In this document: positions 10,321-17,415 of the stretch, in pieces | Layout: each line of letters begins with the position of its first letter | How positions within the stretch are numbered: position 1 is the first letter of the stretch | Made by a program: the position numbers and the translations under genes | The notes under the pieces: model-generated | The model's input: only the letters and a program-made list of their open reading frames with translations | The model's database searches: none | Told to the model about the DNA's origin: nothing | Source: Candidatus Cloacimonadota bacterium | Lineage (GTDB): Bacteria > Cloacimonadota > Cloacimonadia > Cloacimonadales > WRIO01 | Direction: 5' to 3' | Assembly (NCBI GenBank): GCA_029553545.1 | Contig: JAKPKU010000170.1 | Span: 4,621-68,620 of the forward strand | DNA: 64,000 bases

Positions 10321-10340
10321 ATAGTAATGTAAAGAGATTA
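10262..10340 (+). repeat. Dispersed repeat X, copy C (partial and degenerate)
   Basis: It shares the core cccttgacattccccttgctatcttggagaatgaa and the distal aatgtaaagagatt with the copies at 63133-63207 and 43994-44065 (the latter in reverse orientation). Confidence 0.7.
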
Positions 10341-10402
10341 ATAGCTATCTTTTAAAAGATACTTTTAATATAATAATCAGATTTTTATTCTTTGCCAATA
10401 AA

Positions 10403-10576
10403 TTAGTTACCTGTTTTTTTTACGCTTCTGATTATTACATCATCATTTGGATATTTACTCTTTGCGATTTCAATTGCTGAACTGTCTGATTCTGCCTGCG
10501 TAGATATGATTCTAACTGTCCCGCCGCCTGTCGCTCCCTTTTTTCTTTGAAGTATTGTCACTGAATACTTTGCCAT
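10403..10576 (-). CDS. Small hypothetical protein, 57 aa, absent from the ORF track (below the size cut-off)
   Basis: ATG at 10576 preceded by the RBS gggaga and a consensus-like promoter. It translates as MAKYSVTILQRKKGATGGGTVRIISTQAESDSSAIEIAKSKYPNDDVIIRSVKKTGN. Confidence 0.5.
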   Translation of the reverse strand: MAKYSVTILQRKKGATGGGTVRIISTQAESDSSAIEIAKSKYPNDDVIIRSVKKTGN

Positions 10577-10608
10577 TGTCTTATCTCCCTTCTTTCAATA
10601 CTATCTCA

Positions 10609-10637
10609 ATACTAAAAGAAATTTTTTATCTTGTCAA
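10609..10637 (-). promoter_or_regulatory. Sigma70-like promoter for the 57-aa ORF
   Basis: On the minus strand: TTGACA, 17 nt, TAGTAT, about 30 nt upstream of the ATG. Confidence 0.55.
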
Positions 10638-10673
10638 GAAAAATATTGTTTGCTACTGCATTATCTTTTGCCT

Positions 10674-10760
10674 TTAGCTTCGCTGCGGGTATCGTTTAAA
10701 AAAATCGGTAGATTTTTTTAAACGTACCCACAACTATCCCTAGTTGTGCAGCGAAGCTAA
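10674..10760. repeat. REP-like composite palindrome, left copy
   Basis: The outer stem agcttcgctgc/gcagcgaagct encloses two inner hairpins: gggta.cgtttaaaaaaatc/gatttttttaaacgtaccc and acaacta/tagttgt. Confidence 0.85.
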
Positions 10761-10825
10761 TTTCCAGTTTTGAATTCCTATTCAGTGCAACCAGCGATAG
10801 TTGTTCATATGCTTGCTGTACAGTA

Positions 10826-11476
10826 TTACAGAAAAATATCATCTAAGTTCATCACATAAACGCCTGGCCAGTCATTATAATCTTCGACTAAGCCAGCCTT
10901 TACAGGATTATTTAGGATATAGTTCAATTGATTAAAATAATCCTTTTCATTTCTTATTACATGATCATAGTATTCTTCTTGCCAAAAGGGTTGCACGTAA
11001 TGTGGGAGCTCCGTAAATGCTCCAGAGGTATGTCTTTTGAATGAGAAGATAATTGTCGATAACGGATGATAGGACTTCTCATTAAGTTTTAATGGCTTAA
11101 GCAATATATGAACATGATTCGACATGACACAAAAGGCTATTAAACGATATTTATCTCCATCCATAAAGAATAAAGTCTCTTTAATAGTATTCAAATAAAT
11201 GGGTTCAAGTAGGTTAATTGGGTTTTTATGTCTCGCCAAAAAATTGTCATATTTCTCGAAGTTTTCTCTATGTTTCTTCCTCTTTAACTCATTAACTTCA
11301 TTTTCTTCTTCATCTAATTCTTTGGTATCGTTATACTGTTGTAGCAATTTAATTGATTCAATTATATGGCGGGGCAGGGTAAAGTTCAATCTGATCGTAA
11401 GAGCCAAAACAAAGCCCTCACGCTGCATATGCGGAAGCTTCCTCTTAAAATAATTTTTAAACTTAAATTTACTCAT
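10826..11476 (-). CDS. REP-associated tyrosine transposase (RAYT, IS200/IS605 TnpA-like, HUH Y1 family)
   Basis: HUH motif in VMSNHVHILLKP. C-terminal Tyr helix in DYFNQLNYILNNPVKAGLV. 216 aa, which is longer than a classical IS200 TnpA, as is typical of RAYTs. Confidence 0.85.
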   Translation of the reverse strand: MSKFKFKNYFKRKLPHMQREGFVLALTIRLNFTLPRHIIESIKLLQQYNDTKELDEEENEVNELKRKKHRENFEKYDNFLARHKNPINLLEPIYLNTIKETLFFMDGDKYRLIAFCVMSNHVHILLKPLKLNEKSYHPLSTIIFSFKRHTSGAFTELPHYVQPFWQEEYYDHVIRNEKDYFNQLNYILNNPVKAGLVEDYNDWPGVYVMNLDDIFL

Positions 11477-11511
11477 TTAAAACACATTCCTCTTTTTTTT
11501 TACTCAACGAT

Positions 11512-11540
11512 TTATTAACATGTTTAATGTTATTTGTCAA
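11512..11540 (-). promoter_or_regulatory. Sigma70-like promoter of the RAYT gene
   Basis: On the minus strand: TTGACA, 17 nt, TAATAA, followed by the RBS agagga. Confidence 0.5.
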
Positions 11541-11620
11541 GATAATATTTTTGCTTTTTATCAAATATGTTAGCCTAAATATGCTGATAACTAAGCTGAG
11601 TTGATGGCGGTAGAGCAATT

Positions 11621-11676
11621 TGCTTCGCTGCACAACTAGGGGAAGACAGAACTGAGAGCTGAGAACTGAGAGCTGA
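11621..11676 (+). repeat. Partial REP copy followed by a 2 x 14-nt tandem repeat
   Basis: tgcttcgctgcacaactagggg matches the first ~22 nt of the right REP. It is followed by gaactgagagctga twice, and gaactgagagct recurs at 57217. Confidence 0.7.
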
Positions 11677-11779
11677 GTTGGCTGGTAATTTCATTTCATG
11701 AAATTGTTAGGTTGCTTTTGAGCGCGGCCGAGACGGGCGCACCCAATTCTGTCAATAAGCGATAGATTTTTTTCTGAAA

Positions 11780-11866
11780 TTAGCTTCGCTGCACAACTAA
11801 GGATAGTTGTGGGTACGTTTAAAAAAATCTGCCGATTTTTTTAAACAATACCCGCAGCGAAGCAAA
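11780..11866. repeat. REP-like composite palindrome, right copy (inverted relative to the left copy)
   Basis: ttagcttcgctgcacaactaaggatagttgtgggtacgtttaaaaaaatctgccgatttttttaaacaatacccgcagcgaagc is the reverse complement of 10674-10760, apart from about 4 substitutions. Confidence 0.85.
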
Positions 11867-11913
11867 AGCTCCCTCCAATTTCACTGCGTGAAATTGAAGA
11901 TTGACTCTATTTA

Positions 11914-12083
11914 CTTGTTCGTAGTTGTCCATCGCACGTATACAAATAAGGCTATTTGTATTTACAAAGCCAGATTATTGGGAATGAGAGATTTCTTTTT
12001 GGCTTGTTCGTAGTTATCCATCGCACGTATACAAATAAGGCTATTTGTATTTACAAAGCCAGATTATCGTGAATGAGAGATTA
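11914..12083 (+). repeat. Direct tandem duplication, 2 x 89 bp
   Basis: cttgttcgtagtt(g/a)tccatcgcacgtatacaaataaggctatttgtatttacaaagccagattat.. occurs at 11914 and again at 12003. Each copy contains the hairpin tacaaata/tatttgta. Confidence 0.85.
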
Positions 12084-12116
12084 TTAAAAAGAAGTCGCAA
12101 CATCCTTTAAAAAAAC

Positions 12117-12239
12117 CTTTCACAAATGTGAAAGCTCCTAACCCGCAGCGAAGCGAGGACCCTAACCTTCGACGAAGTCGAAGTACCTAACCTTTACGAA
12201 GTAAAGTACCTAACCCGCAGCGAAGCGAGGACCAAAAGG
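12117..12239 (+). repeat. Mini-array of short GAA-loop hairpins punctuated by CCTAACC
   Basis: CCTAACC occurs 4 times (12137, 12161, 12186, 12209). The copies are separated by 16-18-nt units: cgcagcgaagcgagga (twice), ttcgacgaagtcgaagta and tttacgaagtaaagta. The hairpin ctttcaca/tgtgaaag precedes the array. Confidence 0.75.
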
Positions 12240-12569
12240 TGTGTTGTTCAAAAAAAAGTTGATTGTCTTGGTCTGTGTGCCATGGAACTGTTTGCCAAAG
12301 ACTTTAAACCTAAGTGTGTTGCAGTGTGTTGTTAAAAAAAAAGTTGATTGTCTTGTTCTGTGTGCCATGGAACCGTTTGCCAAAGACTTTAAACCTAAGT
12401 GTGTTGCAGTGTGTTGTAGTGTGTTGCAGTGTGTTGTTAAAAAAAAAGTTGATTGTCTTGACCTGTGTGCCATGGAACTGTTTGCCAAAGACTTTAAACC
12501 TAAGTGTGTTGCAGTGTGTTGTTAAAAAAAAAGTTGATTGTCTTGACCTGTGTGCCATGGAACTGTTTG
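12238..12569 (+). repeat. Tandem array of about 85-bp units, 4 copies (76, 85, 105 and ~66 nt)
   Basis: The unit is gtgtgttgcagtgtgttgttaaaaaaaaagttgattgtcttgNNctgtgtgccatggaacYgtttgccaaagactttaaacctaa. Unit starts are at 12238, 12314, 12399 and 12504. The third unit carries a 20-nt internal duplication. Confidence 0.9.
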
Positions 12570-12707
12570 TGTTTTGTTATAGTGTGTTACCGTGAGTTGT
12601 AAAATAAAAAATCACCTCTAAACCCGCTTGTAATAGTCATCTGCTGATTTAGGTGAAAATAGTTTTCAAAAAACACCATTTTTTAAGCCCTATATATATA
12701 GAGGGTG
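12570..12707 (+). repeat. Dispersed repeat Y, copy 1
   Basis: The core cacctctaaacccgcttgtaatagtcatctgctgatttaggtgaaaatagttttcaaaaaacaccattttttaagccctatatatatagaggg recurs at 63339-63430. Its 5' half recurs at 57300-57337. Confidence 0.8.
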
Positions 12708-12814
12708 TTGTTCCGAGATGAGAATATTTCTGAGCATGTTCATCATTATATAAAAAGTGTTGACAAAAAATGATGATTTAATATTTTAAACACAATACTT
12801 GAATAAGGGATAAT

Positions 12815-13633
12815 ATGAAAAAGAGTTTTTTTATAGTAATATTGGCAGTATGGATTTCATATTCTTTTGCAGACATGATTATCACACGCCAGGAGGGTAA
12901 TAATTTGTCGCAGGAGATCTATGCTAAAGGAAGGTTTGCAGAGGTAATAAACAACCGTGTAGTATCAGTTTGGGATTTTAGAAATATGCAGCTGACCTTA
13001 GTTAATTATGATATCAAGTCTTATACGCAGATTAGTTTTGATAACTTAAAAGCTGAGATTGCCAGACAGACAGATGCAGAGATACAGATTGAATTAGAAA
13101 ATCTCGATGATGAGACTAAAAGATTGATGATTGAGTCCACTAATACGCTATTTGCAGGACTTATACCACGTCTTGACATTATTAGAGACACTGTTATGAT
13201 AGCAAATTATCCAAGCCTTGAATACAAAGTATTGAACGACACTTTATTAATTCAAAGAATATGGATTTCTAAAAAAGCGAGAGAAGATATTGCAAAGGAA
13301 ATACCGATAGAATCAATGAAGCATGTGGAAAGCATTTTTAAAGAAAAAAGATCAAAACACCTTGGTGCATTGGGCTTGCATGTTGATGGAATTACGCAAT
13401 TGGTAGAGGCTGTCGAGCAGAATGGATATATCATGAAACGCTTTGATTATGGGATAAGAACCAAATCTAATCCCAGCATTTATAAGACAATTGAATCGAT
13501 TCAAAATGAGATCACAGATATAAGTCATATGACAGTTGATGAGGCAATCTTCCTGCCACCGAGGAATTTTAAGAGTTTAAAATACAATGACTATCAGATT
13601 AGATTGATGAAATATTTAGAATCACTTGAATAG
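12815..13633 (+). CDS. Hypothetical secreted protein
   Basis: Signal peptide (FFIVILAVWISYSFA). 272 aa. No family recognised. Confidence 0.6.
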   Translation: MKKSFFIVILAVWISYSFADMIITRQEGNNLSQEIYAKGRFAEVINNRVVSVWDFRNMQLTLVNYDIKSYTQISFDNLKAEIARQTDAEIQIELENLDDETKRLMIESTNTLFAGLIPRLDIIRDTVMIANYPSLEYKVLNDTLLIQRIWISKKAREDIAKEIPIESMKHVESIFKEKRSKHLGALGLHVDGITQLVEAVEQNGYIMKRFDYGIRTKSNPSIYKTIESIQNEITDISHMTVDEAIFLPPRNFKSLKYNDYQIRLMKYLESLE

Positions 13634-13789
13634 ATTTACAGATTTTTCAGATCTTTAAACTCTTTCATTAGTGTATTGATAGTATGATGAAAAGTTTTTT
13701 AAAGATTTTAATACAATTTGTTGACAGAAATGACTAAAAATAAAATATTGATTATGAAAAAGATAAAACAATGATGCAACGGGGGAAAG

Positions 13790-15844
13790 ATGAAAAACTA
13801 CGAAATGAATGCTCTTAGAAATATTGCTTTTATAGGCTCAAGTGGAGCTGGTAAAACAAGCTTGATTGAACAAATGCTTTATGTAGCAAAAATGACTAAT
13901 CGCCTTGGCAAAATCACAGACGGAAACACAGTGATGGACTATGACCCAGACGAAATTGAAAAGAATATCTCATTAGGCATGGCTATTGGATATGCTGATT
14001 GGAAAAACAAAAGAATTAATATAATTGACACCCCTGGTTATGGTGATTTTATCGGCGATCAAATAGCAGCAACAACTGCAGCAGATACTGTTGCAATCAT
14101 TGCCAATGCAGTTGGTGGATTTGAAGTTGGATTAGAAAAGTCTTTAGAAATACTTGAAAACAGAAAATCTGCAAAGGCAATTATCGTTAATAAAATGGAT
14201 TCAGAACATGCAGACTTTTTTAAAGTATTAGACAGCATTAAAGAAAATACAGGCATACACATTGCTCCTGTTATGGTACCAATGGGCAAAGAAGCGACCT
14301 TTAAGGGCGTAATTGATGTGATCAAAGGTAAAGCAATTATCGATGGCAAACTTGCTGATGTGCCTGCAGAATTTGCAGATGAATTGGAAGAAGCTAAAAT
14401 GGCTTTGATGGAAGCTGTTGCAGAAACAAATGAAGAATTACTTGAAAAATTCCTCGATACAATGGAATTATCAAACGATGAATTAGCAAATGGCTTGAAA
14501 TCAGCTCTTGCTAATGCAAATATCGTACCTGCATTCTGCTGCTCTGCAAGCACTGGCTATGGTGTTGATGCGCTCATGGACGCAATTATTGAATATTTCC
14601 CATCTCCAGAAGATAAAAAAGAAATGACCTTCTCTGAAAATGGTCAAGCAAAACAAATCATTTGCTCACCAAGTGGCGACTTATTGGCTTATGCATTCAA
14701 ATCAGTAGTTGATCCAAATATGGGCGAAGTTGCTTTTGTACGTATTTATTCAGGTACACTCAAATCAGGTATGGATATTTTTATCCCAGAAAGAGATCAG
14801 AAAGATAAAGTCTCTTCTATGTACTTTTTCCAAGGCAAAAACAGAGCAGATGCAAGTGAATTGAAAGCTGGTGAAATTGGCGGTTTGGTTAAATTAAAAG
14901 TAGCACGTGGACTCAACTCCATCGTCGCTGTTAATAGCAAACTCTCATATCAAAAAATCGAATTACCAAGCGCTGTTTATTGGCAGTCAATCAGAGCTGC
15001 AAATCAAAGCGACGAAGATAAAATAGGACAAGCATTGTCTAAACTCTTAGCAGAAGACCCAACCGTGCAAGCTAATATTAATACAGAAACACATGAAAAC
15101 GTTCTGTCTGCAATGGGTGAACAACAGGTTGCCTTGATTCAAAAGAGATTAAAAAGCAGATATAAAGTTGATGCACTATTAAAAGCACCTAAGATTCCAT
15201 ATAAAGAAACAATTATGGGCAAAGCTGATACTAAGTATCGTCATAAAAAACAATCTGGCGGTAAAGGACAATACGGTGAAGTTTATTTCCGCGTAGCTCC
15301 AACTGGCAGAGGCGAAGGTTATCAATTTATCAACTCAATCGTCGGTGGTGTGATCCCTGGCAACTTTATTCCTGCTATCGAAAAAGGTATTGCAGAGACT
15401 ATGGAAAAAGGTATTATTGCAGGCTATCCAGTCGTAGATATCAGTGTTGACTGCTATTTTGGTAGCTATCACGATGTTGACTCTTCAGAAATGGCATTCA
15501 AAATCGCATCATCAATGTGTTTGAAAGACGGTTTCTCACAAGCAAAACCTATCCTTCTTGAACCTATCCATGAAGTTGATATCATAATCCCAACAGAATA
15601 TATGGGCGACGTTATGGGCGATATTTCAACCAGACGCGGCAAGATTAATGGTATGGAACAAGATGGTAAAAAACAAATCTTGAAGGCAAATGTGCCACTA
15701 TCTGAGTTGTTTGCATATTTTCCAACTCTTAAGTCTCTCACTCAGGGTCGCGGTATGTTTACACAAAAGTTTTCACACTTCGAAAAGGTTCCTGATGAAA
15801 TAGCTAAGACAGTTATTGAGGCATTTAAAAAAGAGGAAGAATAG
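13790..15844 (+). CDS. Elongation factor G paralogue (EF-G2-like translational GTPase)
   Basis: EF-G domain order is present, but the G1 motif is atypical (GSSGAGKTS instead of AHIDAGKTT). The gene stands alone rather than in a str-operon context. 684 aa. Confidence 0.8.
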   Translation: MKNYEMNALRNIAFIGSSGAGKTSLIEQMLYVAKMTNRLGKITDGNTVMDYDPDEIEKNISLGMAIGYADWKNKRINIIDTPGYGDFIGDQIAATTAADTVAIIANAVGGFEVGLEKSLEILENRKSAKAIIVNKMDSEHADFFKVLDSIKENTGIHIAPVMVPMGKEATFKGVIDVIKGKAIIDGKLADVPAEFADELEEAKMALMEAVAETNEELLEKFLDTMELSNDELANGLKSALANANIVPAFCCSASTGYGVDALMDAIIEYFPSPEDKKEMTFSENGQAKQIICSPSGDLLAYAFKSVVDPNMGEVAFVRIYSGTLKSGMDIFIPERDQKDKVSSMYFFQGKNRADASELKAGEIGGLVKLKVARGLNSIVAVNSKLSYQKIELPSAVYWQSIRAANQSDEDKIGQALSKLLAEDPTVQANINTETHENVLSAMGEQQVALIQKRLKSRYKVDALLKAPKIPYKETIMGKADTKYRHKKQSGGKGQYGEVYFRVAPTGRGEGYQFINSIVGGVIPGNFIPAIEKGIAETMEKGIIAGYPVVDISVDCYFGSYHDVDSSEMAFKIASSMCLKDGFSQAKPILLEPIHEVDIIIPTEYMGDVMGDISTRRGKINGMEQDGKKQILKANVPLSELFAYFPTLKSLTQGRGMFTQKFSHFEKVPDEIAKTVIEAFKKEEE

Positions 15845-15869
15845 TATTCCCTATGATAATTATACAAGA

Positions 15870-15909
15870 AACACTCCCCTCTTTATAATAATTGGGGAGT
15901 GTTTTTTTT
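15870..15909 (+). terminator. Rho-independent terminator
   Basis: Stem acactcccc/ggggagtgt followed by ttttttt. Confidence 0.75.
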
Positions 15910-15945
15910 AACAATTTAACCATTTTATAAAACAACGGAGGAACG

Positions 15946-16695
15946 ATGTCAGGACACAATAAATGGAGCTCAATTAAGCATAAAAAGGGCGCAGCAGATG
16001 CAAAAAGAGGTAAGATCTTTACCAGATTAGTAAAAGAAATAATTTTGGCAGCACGTGATGGTGGAGGCGATTTATCCACTAATCCACGCCTAAGAACTGC
16101 AGTCCAAGCAGCAAGAGGCGCAAATATGCCAAAAGATAATATCGATAAAGCAATTAAAAGAGGCACTGGTGAAATAGAAGGCGTAAGCTATGAAGAAATC
16201 ACTTATGAAGGCTATGGACATGGCGGCGCAGCAATTATCGTCGATACAATGACTGATAATAAAAATCGTACAGTGGCAGAAATTAGACATGCTTTTTCAA
16301 AGTATGGGGGCACAATGGCAGAAAGCGGCGCTGTGTCTTGGAACTTTGAGCAAATGGGATTGATTGAAATTGATGCTACAGGACTTGAAGAAGATGAAGT
16401 GATGATGAATGCGCTGGAAGCAGGTGCTGACGACGTGCAAAATGATGACGATGTTTTTTCAATCTATACACAAGTTGCAGAATTTAGCAAAGTCATTGTA
16501 GCAATAGAAAATCTCGGTTATAAGATCAATAAAGCAGAATTAACCAGAGTGCCAAAATCAACAATAAATGCAGACGATGTTGCAGAAAAACTGCTCAGGC
16601 TGATTGAAAAGCTTGAAGATTTAGATGATGTACAAAAAGTATACTCTAACTTTGATATCTCTGATGAAATCTTTGAAAAAATCAATCTTGATTGA
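15946..16695 (+). CDS. yebC: YebC/PmpR-family DNA-binding transcriptional regulator
   Basis: Characteristic N-terminus MSGHNKWSSIKHKKG..DAKRGKIFT. 249 aa. Confidence 0.9.
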   Translation: MSGHNKWSSIKHKKGAADAKRGKIFTRLVKEIILAARDGGGDLSTNPRLRTAVQAARGANMPKDNIDKAIKRGTGEIEGVSYEEITYEGYGHGGAAIIVDTMTDNKNRTVAEIRHAFSKYGGTMAESGAVSWNFEQMGLIEIDATGLEEDEVMMNALEAGADDVQNDDDVFSIYTQVAEFSKVIVAIENLGYKINKAELTRVPKSTINADDVAEKLLRLIEKLEDLDDVQKVYSNFDISDEIFEKINLD

Positions 16696-16789
16696 TAGTT
16701 GATAAATTGTGAGTGTTTTTCTGTAGAAGAACACATTTTTAAACAGTTAAACATTCACATTTTTTACTTATTTTAGCAGATTTATTAAC

Positions 16790-17278
16790 ATGATAATCAT
16801 GGGAATTGACCCTGGCAGTCGTAATTGTGGTTATGGGTTTTTAGAAGTAGAAAAGCATAAGATACTTGCTGCAGGCTGTGGCGTGATCAAAAACAAAGAT
16901 CAAAGCCCCCTTTCAGAGCGACTTTTGATAATATATAATAAATTAAAAGCGCAAATTGAAGAAAACAAACCAGATGTGGCAGCTGTTGAAAGTATTTTTT
17001 ATGCAAAGAATATCAAGTCAAGCTTTACTCTCGGGCATGTGAGAGGAGTGATCTTGCTCCTTTTAGCAGAGTATGGCATACCTTGTTATGAGTACTCGCC
17101 GCGCGAGATTAAGCTCTCTGTAGTGGGTTCTGGTAGTGCTTCTAAAAAGCAAGTTTTATATATGATTCAATCAATACTGCAATTAAAACAGACCATTATC
17201 ACTTACGATGCCTCAGATGCACTTGCCATAGCAATGTGTTTGTATAATAGAGAAAAGCTAAACCTTTTTCATAGATGA
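16790..17278 (+). CDS. ruvC: Crossover junction endodeoxyribonuclease RuvC
   Basis: GIDPGS..CGYG N-terminus with an RNase H-like fold pattern. 162 aa. ruvA is nearby. Confidence 0.9.
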   Translation: MIIMGIDPGSRNCGYGFLEVEKHKILAAGCGVIKNKDQSPLSERLLIIYNKLKAQIEENKPDVAAVESIFYAKNIKSSFTLGHVRGVILLLLAEYGIPCYEYSPREIKLSVVGSGSASKKQVLYMIQSILQLKQTIITYDASDALAIAMCLYNREKLNLFHR

Positions 17279-17415
17279 TAAATATTTGTTATTACTGTAA
17301 AAAAGGTTTGACTTAAAAAGAAAAGTGTGTTTAACTAATATTATGAAACATAATAGTAAAAAACGATTATATTTCATAATAGTCGTGGTTTAAGAGTAAA
17401 TTAAAAAGGAGCGCT

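Larger units (their letters stand above)
10674..11866 (-). mobile_element. RAYT unit: IS200-like Y1/HUH transposase gene bracketed by inverted composite REP elements
   Basis: The two 87-bp flanks are reverse complements of each other with about 4 mismatches and enclose the single transposase-like gene. Confidence 0.75.

Noticed and set aside
12117-12569. Possible CRISPR array, considering both the CCTAACC mini-array and the 85-bp repeats.
   Set aside because: - The 85-bp units are contiguous, with no unique spacers.
- The CCTAACC repeats are only 7 nt long, their 16-18-nt intervening units are themselves repeated, and the units are REP-derived.
- There are no cas genes anywhere in the window.
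12210-12595. Four overlapping ORFs (82-94 aa, on both strands) that encode repetitive Cys-rich peptides such as VLQCVVKKKVDCLDLCAMELFAKDFKPKCVAVCC. They look superficially like a multi-core RiPP precursor.
   Set aside because: - They are produced by the 85-bp tandem array.
- Unit lengths are 76, 85 and 105 nt, so successive units are read in different frames.
- Frames are open on both strands at once.
- There is no RBS and no nearby maturation enzyme.
- They are best explained as stop-free repeat DNA, not as genes.
17338-17380. 13-codon mini-ORF (MKHNSKKRLYFII) upstream of ruvA as a leader peptide.
   Set aside because: - It has no RBS.
- It coincides with the inverted repeat.
- In this AT-rich spacer it is most simply explained by chance.
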